From: Acidovorax sp.
Lineage (GTDB): Bacteria; Pseudomonadota; Gammaproteobacteria; Burkholderiales; Burkholderiaceae_C
Length of the DNA: 64,000 nucleotides
Assembly: GCA_036786185.1 (NCBI GenBank)
Contig: DAIQRN010000001.1
Coordinates: forward strand, 13,699-77,698
Reading direction: 5' to 3'
Both the position numbers and the translations under genes were made by a program. Numbering within the stretch: the stretch's first letter is position 1; every line of letters begins with the position of its first letter. Of the stretch, positions 44,760-54,457 are shown one piece after another. The notes under the pieces are model-generated. The model searched no databases and was not told the origin of the DNA. It saw only the letters and a list, made by a program, of their open reading frames with translations.

Positions 44760-45995
44760 TCAGCGCGCCACTTCTTTGAGCACCGTTTTGCGTGCTTCGA
44801 TGAGCCCCTGCTCAAACGCATCCGCCGATGCCTGCCAATGCTGGTGGCGCGCAAACTCCTGTGCCCGTTGGCTGAGCGCCTGGCGTGCGGCATCGTCTTC
44901 CAACAGATGGCACAGTGCGTTCGACAAATCCTCCAAGGTGGGGGCCGTCAACAGCGCCACCTCATCATTCAAAAGCCACTCCACGCAATCACCACGGTTG
45001 GAAACCACAGCACAGCCAGCAGCCATTACTTCCAAAGGCATCAACGATAGATTAGTCAGCGACAGCACCAGCGCCGCGTCGCACTGACTGAATGTATCCG
45101 CCAATTCCTCTGGCGATATAACGCCCGCCGCCAGATGAGGAAACGGTATGTGATAGTCGCTGACATCCCAGCCTGCCAGGATGAACTGAACATCTGGCAA
45201 CCTGCGCGAGACAGCCTCCAACACCAGCAGGCCGAACTCAAAGGCCCGGCGGGGCGTAGGTGGCCGAGCATAGAAGAACACGCGCTTGATATGGGGCTCA
45301 CGCCGCGGACGCTGGCGATACAAATCGTGATCCACGCCGAAGCTGATGGGATGCGTCCACATTCCATAATCCGTACGGAGCTTGCGCGCCAGCCACCCTC
45401 CTGCCGTAATCCCCAAGAAACCGAAACTATAGGTATTGTCTGCCAGCACCGACTCTGTCCCCATCGGATAGAAGCTAGGCTCATAGTCCTGAACAAAGTA
45501 CAGTTTCTTGCCCCCCCCCACAACCGCACGCACGGGGTAGGCCGTCTGCCAGCCGGTGGCGATAACAAACTCGCTGCTGGGAAGCCCTTCAAAGCCCATG
45601 AAAACCTTGGCCTGCAAGGGGAAAAAGTGCTCGCAGATGTCGCGGCGTGCATCCTCTGCAGTCGCATGCACTGTGGGGCTCACCACAACGATGCCTGACT
45701 CCCAACCCATGCGCTCCAGATGCCAGATCGTCCGGAAGATGGTCTGATGTCCCCCCGAGCCGATATTGAAATCCGGAATGAACCACAGCAGAGTCTTCGC
45801 ACGCGCCACCCCCGGCGCCAACTCGATGCCATCCACCTGCAGAAAATCGTAGTGGGCAAAAACATTACGGCTCTTCAGCACGCCGCCAGCCCCGTACTGC
45901 AGCCGCTGCCTGATCATTGCCATGGCGCGCAGCGCGCCATGGCGACGCCCCAAATCCCACACTTGCCGCGTACGCAGCCCAATTAATCCGAACAT
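44760..45995 (-). CDS. GT4 glycosyltransferase, WsaF-like rhamnosyltransferase
   Basis: 'GSGGHQTIFR', 'IATGWQTA', 'YFVQDYEP.FYP', 'FFYARP.TPRR'. Confidence 0.8.
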   Translation of the reverse strand: MFGLIGLRTRQVWDLGRRHGALRAMAMIRQRLQYGAGGVLKSRNVFAHYDFLQVDGIELAPGVARAKTLLWFIPDFNIGSGGHQTIFRTIWHLERMGWESGIVVVSPTVHATAEDARRDICEHFFPLQAKVFMGFEGLPSSEFVIATGWQTAYPVRAVVGGGKKLYFVQDYEPSFYPMGTESVLADNTYSFGFLGITAGGWLARKLRTDYGMWTHPISFGVDHDLYRQRPRREPHIKRVFFYARPPTPRRAFEFGLLVLEAVSRRLPDVQFILAGWDVSDYHIPFPHLAAGVISPEELADTFSQCDAALVLSLTNLSLMPLEVMAAGCAVVSNRGDCVEWLLNDEVALLTAPTLEDLSNALCHLLEDDAARQALSQRAQEFARHQHWQASADAFEQGLIEARKTVLKEVAR

Positions 45996-46023
45996 AAATA
46001 TTCCAAGAAAAAGGGCGTGCGCA

Positions 46024-47001
46024 CTACACCGAGCGGCCACGCTGCAATGCCTCGTCGCGCGAAACCACTCTCAGCAGCCACTTAGGCAACCCCCGATGCC
46101 TTGTGCCCAGGAACTGCCCCAGGGTACGTGCCAGCTCTATGCCTCCCATGTACCCCGTTGTTTTCATCCACGCTGCACCTCGGAGACCCGCTTGGTATAG
46201 CCAGCGTGCGTCGCGCCGCATCAGGGCAGCAGCACTCACCAGGGCGCGCACCAGGCTGCGCTGTATGTCGTACCCAAAATCACGTTGAAAGGAGCGCGCC
46301 TCATCAAAATTGCGCTGCAAGGTTTCCCACACCCCGAAATCGTGGGAGTGATAGACCATCGCATCGGGCACGAAAGCCTTGGAATAGCCCGCCTTGATGG
46401 CCGCGAGCATCCAAGTCTGGTCCTCGGCAAACATGACCTCTGGAAACGGCAGCGTCTGCCACACCGTGCGCCGCAGGCAGGAATTGTTGTTGGAGAAAAA
46501 ATGCAGCCACTGACGGTAACCCGCTTCACGCTCGAAGCGCTCCGGGTCCTCCATCCGCACCCGCGACAGGCTGGCGCCAAAGCCTGCAAAGTGCTCCGCC
46601 AGCTCCCGCTCTGTAATGTGCCGCGCGCCCGGATGCGCACGGTGCGGGCCAAACGCCCCTGCCACCTCGGGCGCGCTGTCACAGCCTTCCACCAGGTTTT
46701 GCAACCAGTGTGCATGCTCAGGCTTGGCGTCCTGCGTAATGAACACCAGAAAATCGCCGCGTGACAGACTGGCCAGGTAATTGCGTGTGCGCCCGTGCCC
46801 AAACTCTGCGGAGGGTATGCACTCCACGCGCACACCGCGCTGACGCGCGCACTCCACAGAGCCATCTCTGGAGCCCGAATCCACTACGATGACCTCGAAA
46901 GGCCATAGGGTCTGCTGCGCCAACACTGCGTCCAACACCTCACCAAGGAGGGAGCCGCCGTTCTTGACGGGGATTAGTACGGATGCGCGGATTGGATTCA
47001 T
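46024..47001 (-). CDS. GT2 rhamnosyltransferase
   Basis: 'IPVKNG', 'DSGSRDG', 'FGHGRTRN', 'TQDA', 'FFSNNNS'. Confidence 0.85.
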   Translation of the reverse strand: MNPIRASVLIPVKNGGSLLGEVLDAVLAQQTLWPFEVIVVDSGSRDGSVECARQRGVRVECIPSAEFGHGRTRNYLASLSRGDFLVFITQDAKPEHAHWLQNLVEGCDSAPEVAGAFGPHRAHPGARHITERELAEHFAGFGASLSRVRMEDPERFEREAGYRQWLHFFSNNNSCLRRTVWQTLPFPEVMFAEDQTWMLAAIKAGYSKAFVPDAMVYHSHDFGVWETLQRNFDEARSFQRDFGYDIQRSLVRALVSAAALMRRDARWLYQAGLRGAAWMKTTGYMGGIELARTLGQFLGTRHRGLPKWLLRVVSRDEALQRGRSV

Positions 47002-47119
47002 GGTCTGGGTGCGGCGTAGGTACGCGCTCGGAAAATTCAACATGCCCGGGCGCCCACCAGCGATTCACCTCGACAAGCTACAGCGTTCCACGCAACCCTC
47101 AATTCTAGGTCACCTGTTC

Positions 47120-47159
47120 TGCAAAAAGGCGCGCCCGCGTGCGGGCGTGCCTTTTTGCA
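47120..47159 (-). terminator. Intrinsic terminator
   Basis: tgcaaaaaggcgcgccc...gggcgtgcctttttgca right after the PPIase stop. Confidence 0.75.
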
Positions 47160-47161
47160 CC

Positions 47162-48058
47162 CTACTTCTTGGCGTCGAACCTATGAAACAAACCCCGAAT
47201 GGCCTCATGCTCCAAAGTAACGCCATATTTCTTAAACAATCGATCTTCCAACTGCGCATTGGCTTGCTCACGGCAATACCGCACTACCCGCGAGGGAGCA
47301 GTCGAAGCTGCCTCATCCCATGTTAACTGGCGGGGTTCACGTTTTTGGATCACTTGAAACAGGTAGCCAAACTCCCCATCTCGTACCGGCCCCACCAAAT
47401 CTCCGGGTGCAGCATCCGCCAGCGCCTTGAGGATGGCGGCATCGTCAGTGAGCGTCACCCACCCCAGATCCCCCTGCGTGTCCAACTTGTGTATTCCTGC
47501 CGCCACCGCCGCCACATCATCGAATTTGCGCACGCCTTTACTTATGGCTTGCGCCTGCTGGAACAACCAACCCATGGCAGGCTCACCGGCCACAATTTCC
47601 TTCGCAGGCAACATAATCCTGCTAAGCCGCGCCATCGGAGGCACTCGAAATCCTGCAGGGTTGTCATCAAAAAACTGGCGCGCCGCCGCCTCATCGGCCG
47701 GCGGATCGCATGCAGGCGCCAGTTTTTTGTACACAGTATGGCTGTAGATGTCGTCAAAGCGGCTTGCCTCCTTACCGGTTATCCGTGGCACTTTGAGCGC
47801 CTCCCCTTCCAGCACCAAAGCACGCCCCAGTGCCATTTCTCGCAACGCCGTTTGCACCCCCCATAGATTTCGGCCAGCCTGCCGCATATCAACCCGGCGC
47901 TCCAGGAATTCGGACAAATCCTTTTCCGTAATCACTTCGCTCTTGTACATGCGCACCAGAACCACATTTTCAGGGCCTGCCACCGCCACCCCAACCGCCG
48001 CCACTCCCAAGGCCGCAATCACGTTGCGCACCCACTTCCAATTTTGCTTCATCAGCAT
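47162..48058 (-). CDS. Periplasmic PpiC/parvulin-type peptidyl-prolyl isomerase
   Basis: Signal peptide; 'GDLGWV', 'GPVR...GYLFQV'. Confidence 0.75.
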   Translation of the reverse strand: MLMKQNWKWVRNVIAALGVAAVGVAVAGPENVVLVRMYKSEVITEKDLSEFLERRVDMRQAGRNLWGVQTALREMALGRALVLEGEALKVPRITGKEASRFDDIYSHTVYKKLAPACDPPADEAAARQFFDDNPAGFRVPPMARLSRIMLPAKEIVAGEPAMGWLFQQAQAISKGVRKFDDVAAVAAGIHKLDTQGDLGWVTLTDDAAILKALADAAPGDLVGPVRDGEFGYLFQVIQKREPRQLTWDEAASTAPSRVVRYCREQANAQLEDRLFKKYGVTLEHEAIRGLFHRFDAKK

Positions 48059-48076
48059 TTCTACGTCACTCCACTA

Positions 48077-49183
48077 TTACGGGCGTTGCAGCGCCTTATC
48101 CCATAGAGGGCCGAAAATCACGTCCGCCCGCGCCCCTGCCGAGTTCAATACCACCAAATCCATATGCTGATCACCATCGATATCCAGCAATTGCAGACTG
48201 GTAGAAAACCCGCTCGTACGTAGCTCCTTGCTTTCCAGCACGGCGCCTGCTGCACCGATACGCTGCAGGCGAACTCTGCTGTCCTCCCCCCAGATGACCA
48301 GATCCTCCGAGAGAAATTCAACCGAGACAGAACCCTCCAGAGATGCGGGAATCCACTGAAGTTCCCCGGTTTGCAAATCGATACGCGCGTTGCGCTCACC
48401 CGTCTCCAAGGCCACATACAGCCAGCGACCCGAGGGCGATTGCTTGACCTGCCGAGGCACCACCTTGAATTGAGCCAGCACCTTGGGGGCAGCCATCCAA
48501 TTCTCACCTGACACTGCCACCACACTCCGATCATCCAAGCACGCCACCGCCAAACCGCCGCCTGCAGTTTGCGGCAACTTGCTAACTTTGACGGGATGCC
48601 AAGGCGACTTACACCAACGCGACCGCTGGACGCCAGCCGGCTCCGCACCACCAACCTGCCAGTCCATCCACGTCACGTCGCTGCCAATATACGGCGTGGC
48701 GACCATGCGATAGCGCCCGCCCTCAGACTCTACCAAGACCACATCGCGCGGACCAAAACCCGCAGGAATAGTCTGCAGCTTGTGTAACTTCCCACCGCTC
48801 AAACGGAAAATATCCACCCCACCACTATCTTCCACCGCGGCCGCCAGCAAATCATCCGACAACCAGATGGCCGAATCGGGGTGATAGGGCACTTTATGAC
48901 TAGCAATAAAGCGCGATGTGCGATCTGGCAGCAATTGATGCACCACTATCGCATTTCTTTCGTGCTCAACCACACCCAACAGGCAGCCCTGGGGGCCGCA
49001 GCGTACCTGCCCACCCCAAGCCTCCGGCAAATCAAGGGACAGGCGATCACTCAGCTCGCGCTGCTCCACCTTGGTGTGTGATGATGTCACCGGTCCGGCA
49101 GGAGGTGCCTGACACGCGGACAGCAACCACCCAAAAAGCGCTCCCAACACCGAGTAACTCACCACCCCGCGCAACCCTGCCAT
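48077..49183 (-). CDS. Beta-propeller/FG-GAP lipoprotein
   Basis: Lipobox LSAC; repeated 'HPD/GPRD/SPWH/VPRQ' blades; 'DIDGDQHMDLVV'. Confidence 0.7.
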   Translation of the reverse strand: MAGLRGVVSYSVLGALFGWLLSACQAPPAGPVTSSHTKVEQRELSDRLSLDLPEAWGGQVRCGPQGCLLGVVEHERNAIVVHQLLPDRTSRFIASHKVPYHPDSAIWLSDDLLAAAVEDSGGVDIFRLSGGKLHKLQTIPAGFGPRDVVLVESEGGRYRMVATPYIGSDVTWMDWQVGGAEPAGVQRSRWCKSPWHPVKVSKLPQTAGGGLAVACLDDRSVVAVSGENWMAAPKVLAQFKVVPRQVKQSPSGRWLYVALETGERNARIDLQTGELQWIPASLEGSVSVEFLSEDLVIWGEDSRVRLQRIGAAGAVLESKELRTSGFSTSLQLLDIDGDQHMDLVVLNSAGARADVIFGPLWDKALQRP

Positions 49184-49196
49184 GCCTTGCTCCTTG

Positions 49197-49229
49197 AAAA
49201 AAAAATAGCGCCTCGCGGCGCTATTTTTT
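49197..49229 (-). terminator. Strong intrinsic terminator after the secreted-protein gene
   Basis: aaaaaatagcgcc-tcgc-ggcgctatttttt with a long T-run on the - strand. Confidence 0.85.
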
Positions 49230-49303
49230 GATTCCCATAAAAATGAGAAATTCGATCAATTTCTCAAGCTGAACGGCTTGATGCCGCCCAGTTCTCAAAG
49301 AAA

Positions 49304-50245
49304 TTAGTTGTGCGCACCCAGAACGGTCTGCACAGCGCCGAAGGCAGGAGCGCTGATCAAGCTGTATGTGAACAGGCTGCCGCCGATTGTGGCGATGTGC
49401 GCACCAATGGCAGCAGGGGTCGTCACGTCACCAGGAACCGCCGCAAAGGGAGACCACTCGATGAAACCGTCCACAAATGCTGCAGGACGGCCAGCGATGG
49501 TTTCAGGGTCAAACCAATCCAGCTCAGTGAAGTTCATCTTGAAGTTGACAGACTTGCGGGTTTGCTTATCGTCATACATGTTAACGGTGTGCGTACCGTT
49601 ATGATTACCCGTGGACCACACCACGATATTCGTATCGGTGCCGCCCGGAGCACCATCAACAAAATAACGCATGCTCACAGTGTTTGCGGCACCACCAGCA
49701 GCATTCAGAGCACCGCCCACCGCGGTCAAGTCGTTGGGGCCCATCACACTCAGATCGGAAGCGATCGCCAGAGGACCATCGATCACAGGAACGAAAGCCA
49801 GATCTTGGTTAGCCACATCCACCTGGAAGGCGTTGGCAGAGATCAGGGCGGCAGCATCCACAGCAGCCGAGTTGGTGGCAGCGCAAACCGTATCCAGCGT
49901 GTCGTTCGGGGCAACCACCGTACCGGCAGCAAACACCAGATAGCCGCGCTTGCCTTCCAGACCCACGCCAGACTCAGCAGACCACACGAAGGGATGGAAA
50001 TCCTTGGGGGTCATGGGGAAGCAACCGTCCGTCACGTGGCCGGAATTCTGATCAAAGAACGTCCAGAACACAGGTGTAATGGCTGCGGATTGGTTGATCA
50101 GACCCACTGCAGTGGTGTCAGCTGCGCCGTTGTGGATCACGTTAGGAACCACAACACCGTCGGTGAACGTACCAACAATGTACGCTTGCGCGACGCCGCC
50201 CGTCATTGCTGCCGCCGCGACGGCTGCCATTGCAAATTTTTTCAT
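49304..50245 (-). CDS. Secreted cell-surface protein, probable S-layer protein
   Basis: Sec signal MKKFAMAAVAAAAMTGGVAQA; Ala/Val/Thr/Gly/Asp-rich; own terminator; next to gspD. Confidence 0.65.
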   Translation of the reverse strand: MKKFAMAAVAAAAMTGGVAQAYIVGTFTDGVVVPNVIHNGAADTTAVGLINQSAAITPVFWTFFDQNSGHVTDGCFPMTPKDFHPFVWSAESGVGLEGKRGYLVFAAGTVVAPNDTLDTVCAATNSAAVDAAALISANAFQVDVANQDLAFVPVIDGPLAIASDLSVMGPNDLTAVGGALNAAGGAANTVSMRYFVDGAPGGTDTNIVVWSTGNHNGTHTVNMYDDKQTRKSVNFKMNFTELDWFDPETIAGRPAAFVDGFIEWSPFAAVPGDVTTPAAIGAHIATIGGSLFTYSLISAPAFGAVQTVLGAHN

Positions 50246-50413
50246 TTCTAAGTCCTTAGATAATTGAACGAAGCTTTACCCACGATTGCGGGATATGCAA
50301 CCCATCCGTCACTTCGTTTGGGTTGGGGCTATCTTAGCGGTAGCGCCACGGGTTTTCAACAAAATACAGCCAGAATTCGGTTTCGGGGGTTTTTGTGGCC
50401 CTCAAACAACAAT

Positions 50414-50869
50414 TCAACGCTGGGCATCTGGAAGCGTGGAGCTGCGGCGCAACACGTGGTGCCACACGCCATCGATGCGGCGCCAGTGGTCTTGGACCAG
50501 GGTTTCCTGGGTCTTCAGGCGCAGCATGGGGATGCCGTACTTCATCCAGACATCGAGCACGGCCTCGTCGCCCTCGATGCTGCGCACGCTGCGCACTTCC
50601 ACGATATCGTAGGTGACACCGCCCCGCTTGATGTAGGCCTCCAGCGTGAGGCTCTTGTCCTTCGAGGCTGCCTCATAGGCCCATGCCGCCACGCGGTCAT
50701 TGGTGCGAACAAGGTCCCAGTAGGCCTGCGCGCGCTTGACCAGCGCGGCCTTGTCGCCTTCGGAGGGCACGGGCGCGGTGCCCGTGGTAGCGCAGCCAGC
50801 CAATGCCGCCAGCAATACGGGGGCTGCCAATTTGGCAACCAGATGACGGCGATTGATGTACTTTGTCAT
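50414..50869 (-). CDS. Lipoprotein downstream of the secretin
   Basis: Lipobox LAGC; NTF2-like pattern ending 'W...DG.W.H'. Confidence 0.75.
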   Translation of the reverse strand: MTKYINRRHLVAKLAAPVLLAALAGCATTGTAPVPSEGDKAALVKRAQAYWDLVRTNDRVAAWAYEAASKDKSLTLEAYIKRGGVTYDIVEVRSVRSIEGDEAVLDVWMKYGIPMLRLKTQETLVQDHWRRIDGVWHHVLRRSSTLPDAQR

Positions 50870-50933
50870 GTGACGAGTTTCCTAAAAGTCAATCTATCTA
50901 GAGAAGTAGCGGGAAAGAGGCTGATACAGGCAT

Positions 50934-53351
50934 TCACCGCTCGGGCGTCTGGGGGGCCGCTTGTACACCCACGGGGAGCGGCGGCGCCTGCAAGGCCAGG
51001 GAACGCATGCGATCACGCAGCTCCGCGCTGGCGGAGCGCAACTCATCGTCGTTCTCCAGTGCACGCGGTGTGAGCAGCACCAAAAGCTCGGTGCGGTTCT
51101 TGTTGTTGCTGGTGTTGCCAAACAAGCCCCCCAGCACCGGAATACCGGACAGCAAGGGGATGCCGCTGCGGCCGGTGGTGTCGTTTTCCCGGATCAGCCC
51201 GCCCAGCACGATGGGCTCGCCCGAACGCACGGCCACGCGGGTCTGGATCTGGCGCGTGAGGAAGGCGCGTTGCCCGGTGGCGGAGTCTTCTTCGCCCACG
51301 TCGGTGACTTGCTGCGCGATGTCCATGGAGATCAGGCCGCCCGCATTCACCGACGGCGTGACGGAGAGCATGACCCCCGTGTCTTTGTAGGTAATGGACT
51401 CGGTCACCACATTGCTGCCGGTGCTGATGGCGGTGGATGTCTTGATGGGCTGCTGCTGCCCGACCTGAATGGTGGCGTTATGGTTGTTCAGCACCAGCAC
51501 CGTGGGGCTTGACAGAAGGCGCACCTGGGAATTTTCGGCCAGCGCGTTGAGCGTGGCCCGCACCACACCCGCCTTGTTCAAAATGGTGTAGGAGAACCCG
51601 GGCTGCCGGGGCGCAATACCGCCCGATTCGCGCATGTTCAGCAACGCCTGCCCCTCGCGGCCGCCGGAGATGCTGTTTTGCACAAACCACTCCACGCCGT
51701 ACTGCAGGTTGCCTGTGAGGTTGACCTCGACGATGCTGGCCTCGATCAGCACCTGGGCTGGCGCCTTGTCCAGCTCGCGCAGCGCCTGCTCAATGCGGCG
51801 GTACTCGGTGCGCGGGGCGCGGATCATCAGGGCATTGCGTTTCTCGTCGGCGACCACGCGCACGTTGCCGTCCAGTTGGCTGCTGGAGGTGAGCGACATG
51901 TTGTTGGGCGATGCCTTGCCGCCCGAGCCTGCTGCCTGGAGACCGGCAAGCCCCAGTGCGCCTGCCCCAGTGCTGGAACCTGTATTGGTACCGCTTGACC
52001 CCAAGGGGTTTGTGACAGCAGTGGTGCCTGAGCCTGCCCCGCTCGCTGAGCCCTGAGTGAACTGGGTGGGGGCCGATCCGCCTGCCACACCCGCACCCGA
52101 TTTAGACTGAGTCAACTGCCCGCCAAACAGGCCGTTGAGCATTTCGGCCAGCTGCAGGGCAGAGCCGTTTTGCACGGGATAGACGAACAGGCTGGCTTCC
52201 AGCGTGTCGGTGGGGCGGTCCAGACGCCGGATCCAGGTTTCGACCTGGGTCAACAGATGGGCGCGGGGCGTGACCACAACCAGGGCATTGAGCCGCTCCA
52301 CAGGAAACACACGGATAAGCCCGCCCAGAGGATTGGCCGCTTGCGCCGAGGCAGCTGCCGCACCGCCGAAGGCCGCGCCTGATGCAGCCGCAGCACCACC
52401 CGGTGCGGCACTCGCAGGCGCCGCAGCGCTGGCGCCACCGTAGGGGTCAGTGGATTTATCGGACCCCAGCATGGCCTGCAGGGCATCGCGCACGACGTTG
52501 ACATTGGCGTTTTCAAGAACAAACACGCCAAGCGACATGCCGGAGAGGAAGTCCACGTCAAAAGCTTCCACCATCTCCAGCCAACCGCCCAACTGCGCCT
52601 TGCTGCCCTGCAGCACCAGCAGGTTGCGCATGCTGTCCACATAGACGATAGCCTCTCTGGGCGCAATGGGCGCCAGGATCTTGGCCATTTCAGCGGCGGC
52701 GATGTGATTGAGCGGCACGATGACGGTGCCTGAGCCCGACAAATCCTTGAAGTGAGAGGCTCCCACGACGGGGCGAGCACCCAGCGTGACGGTACGCTTG
52801 GTGACGTGATAGACCCCCGCGTTGTCACGAACGATGGCCAGGTCATGCGGCAGGAGTACGGCATCCAGCACGTCGAGCACTTGGCTGCGCAGCAGCGGTT
52901 GGCGCGTGTGCAGGCTCACCACCGTGTCGCCGCCGGCATCCACGGTGTAGTTAAGCTTGAGCAGGTCCCCAAGCAAGGCCGTGGCGAGGTTGCCAACCGT
53001 GACATTCTCGAAATTGAGCGCCACCTTGTCGCCCCGGGCCAGCACCGGGTCCACCTTGGGGGCTACGTCGCGCTTGAACAGTTTGTCGTCGCCAGGAAAC
53101 AACCGGGAACTGGCCATGGGCGGTTTGACGTCCGTGTCCTTCGCTGCGCTGCTGGCACTTGCGGGAAGGCTGTCTGCAGCCGCTGAAAGCTCAGGCGCTG
53201 GTGCCGCCTCCTTGCTCGCTGCGGCGGGGTTGCCGCTCGCCGTGGCCACCGACACAGATGGCGCCGCAGAGCCCGCGGCGGGGCCACCCTGGGTGCTGGC
53301 ACAGCCCGAGGCCAGCAACGCCAGCATGAGAATGGAAGGCCGAATGTTCAT
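50934..53351 (-). CDS. gspD: T2SS secretin (lipoprotein type)
   Basis: 'LNFEN', 'QVLIEASIVEV', 'YKDTGV.LSVTP', 'IP.LSGIPVLG.LFG', 'RTELLVLLTP'. Confidence 0.95.
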   Translation of the reverse strand: MNIRPSILMLALLASGCASTQGGPAAGSAAPSVSVATASGNPAAASKEAAPAPELSAAADSLPASASSAAKDTDVKPPMASSRLFPGDDKLFKRDVAPKVDPVLARGDKVALNFENVTVGNLATALLGDLLKLNYTVDAGGDTVVSLHTRQPLLRSQVLDVLDAVLLPHDLAIVRDNAGVYHVTKRTVTLGARPVVGASHFKDLSGSGTVIVPLNHIAAAEMAKILAPIAPREAIVYVDSMRNLLVLQGSKAQLGGWLEMVEAFDVDFLSGMSLGVFVLENANVNVVRDALQAMLGSDKSTDPYGGASAAAPASAAPGGAAAASGAAFGGAAAASAQAANPLGGLIRVFPVERLNALVVVTPRAHLLTQVETWIRRLDRPTDTLEASLFVYPVQNGSALQLAEMLNGLFGGQLTQSKSGAGVAGGSAPTQFTQGSASGAGSGTTAVTNPLGSSGTNTGSSTGAGALGLAGLQAAGSGGKASPNNMSLTSSSQLDGNVRVVADEKRNALMIRAPRTEYRRIEQALRELDKAPAQVLIEASIVEVNLTGNLQYGVEWFVQNSISGGREGQALLNMRESGGIAPRQPGFSYTILNKAGVVRATLNALAENSQVRLLSSPTVLVLNNHNATIQVGQQQPIKTSTAISTGSNVVTESITYKDTGVMLSVTPSVNAGGLISMDIAQQVTDVGEEDSATGQRAFLTRQIQTRVAVRSGEPIVLGGLIRENDTTGRSGIPLLSGIPVLGGLFGNTSNNKNRTELLVLLTPRALENDDELRSASAELRDRMRSLALQAPPLPVGVQAAPQTPER

Positions 53352-53393
53352 AAAGGGGGTAACTCCACAATGTTGGGGGCAGCGGCTGACCGC

Positions 53394-53906
53394 TTACTGG
53401 GTCGCCACAGGCTTGCGCGCACGATTCATGAGCGGGCCGCCGGGCGGCGCTTTTGCTGCTTCAGAAGGCCCAGCCTCCAGCGGTCGCTCCACGCGCCCCT
53501 TTTCCGCAGATACAAAAGTGGCCTTGCGGCCGTCGAATGACTCAATACGCCAGGGTTTGGTTTGAGCAGTGATCTTGAGCGTTGTGCCATCGGCGCGCTG
53601 GAGAATGGCTACACGCTCCCGGCCAGACTCCAGCACAGCTGCGAGCCGCGCCTGGCTCAGTTCGCGTGCCAGATTGTTTTTTTTGTCGTCCACCTCCACC
53701 GGGCGGCGGGAAGCCCAGAGCAGGGGGCGCTCCACCGCCTGCCGGGCACGCACCCGCGCATGCTGTGGCAAGGGCTCTACCTTGGGCAGATCCGGCTTGA
53801 GCGCCTGAGGCGGCGTCCAGCGGTCTTTTTCCGCCTGCCACCAAAAGGCACTGGCCGCCAGCGCCGACGCGGCCAGCAGGGGAACGAGGTACCAAGGCTT
53901 GATCAT
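53394..53906 (-). CDS. T2SS accessory protein (XpsN/GspC-like)
   Basis: N-terminal TM, 'RPL...RRP' motif; between M and D. Confidence 0.65.
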   Translation of the reverse strand: MIKPWYLVPLLAASALAASAFWWQAEKDRWTPPQALKPDLPKVEPLPQHARVRARQAVERPLLWASRRPVEVDDKKNNLARELSQARLAAVLESGRERVAILQRADGTTLKITAQTKPWRIESFDGRKATFVSAEKGRVERPLEAGPSEAAKAPPGGPLMNRARKPVATQ

Positions 53907-54457
53907 GGCGTGGCTTTCTCTGGCGCCAGGGGCGCCTCCAGCTGCAACGCCAATCTGGCATTCTGCGGCCCTGCGCCAGAGCTTGCGCCTTCGCGCGTAA
54001 TGTTGACTGTGCGCACCCAGAAGGGCGGACGGTGGAGCTGGAGGCTTTCCATGAAACTCACCAGCTTAGGCCACTCTCCCGTCACGGTGGCGGTAAGACG
54101 GATGCGCGCCAGCTTGCCGTCGGCGCCCGGCTCCAGGGCAACCTGCGAGGACACCAAGGTACTGCCGGAGGCCATGATCATTTTCCGCAGTTGCTGCTGA
54201 ATGTCGTTCTGAGCCGTGTCACCTGCAGGATGCAACAAGGGTGTGACCGCTTCGCTGGCGGCACCCAGCAAGGACTCGATCTCGGCGCCCGCATCTACCA
54301 CGCCTTCGAGCCGCTCACTGCGGGGCTCCAGTTGTTCCAACGCACTGTCATAACGAACCCACAGCGCTCGATAAGTTAAAGCGCCCACAGCGATAAACAC
54401 CACGAGCAATAACAACAGCGCGACAACGGCATGGCGCAGCCAGATATTCTTGTTCAT
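53903..54457 (-). CDS. gspM: T2SS protein M
   Basis: TM plus ferredoxin-like periplasmic domain; position. Confidence 0.8.
   Translation of the reverse strand: MNKNIWLRHAVVALLLLLVVFIAVGALTYRALWVRYDSALEQLEPRSERLEGVVDAGAEIESLLGAASEAVTPLLHPAGDTAQNDIQQQLRKMIMASGSTLVSSQVALEPGADGKLARIRLTATVTGEWPKLVSFMESLQLHRPPFWVRTVNITREGASSGAGPQNARLALQLEAPLAPEKATP

Noticed and set aside
49310..50251. 313-aa + strand ORF the same length as the surface protein
   Set aside because: Mirror frame of the strongly codon-biased - strand gene
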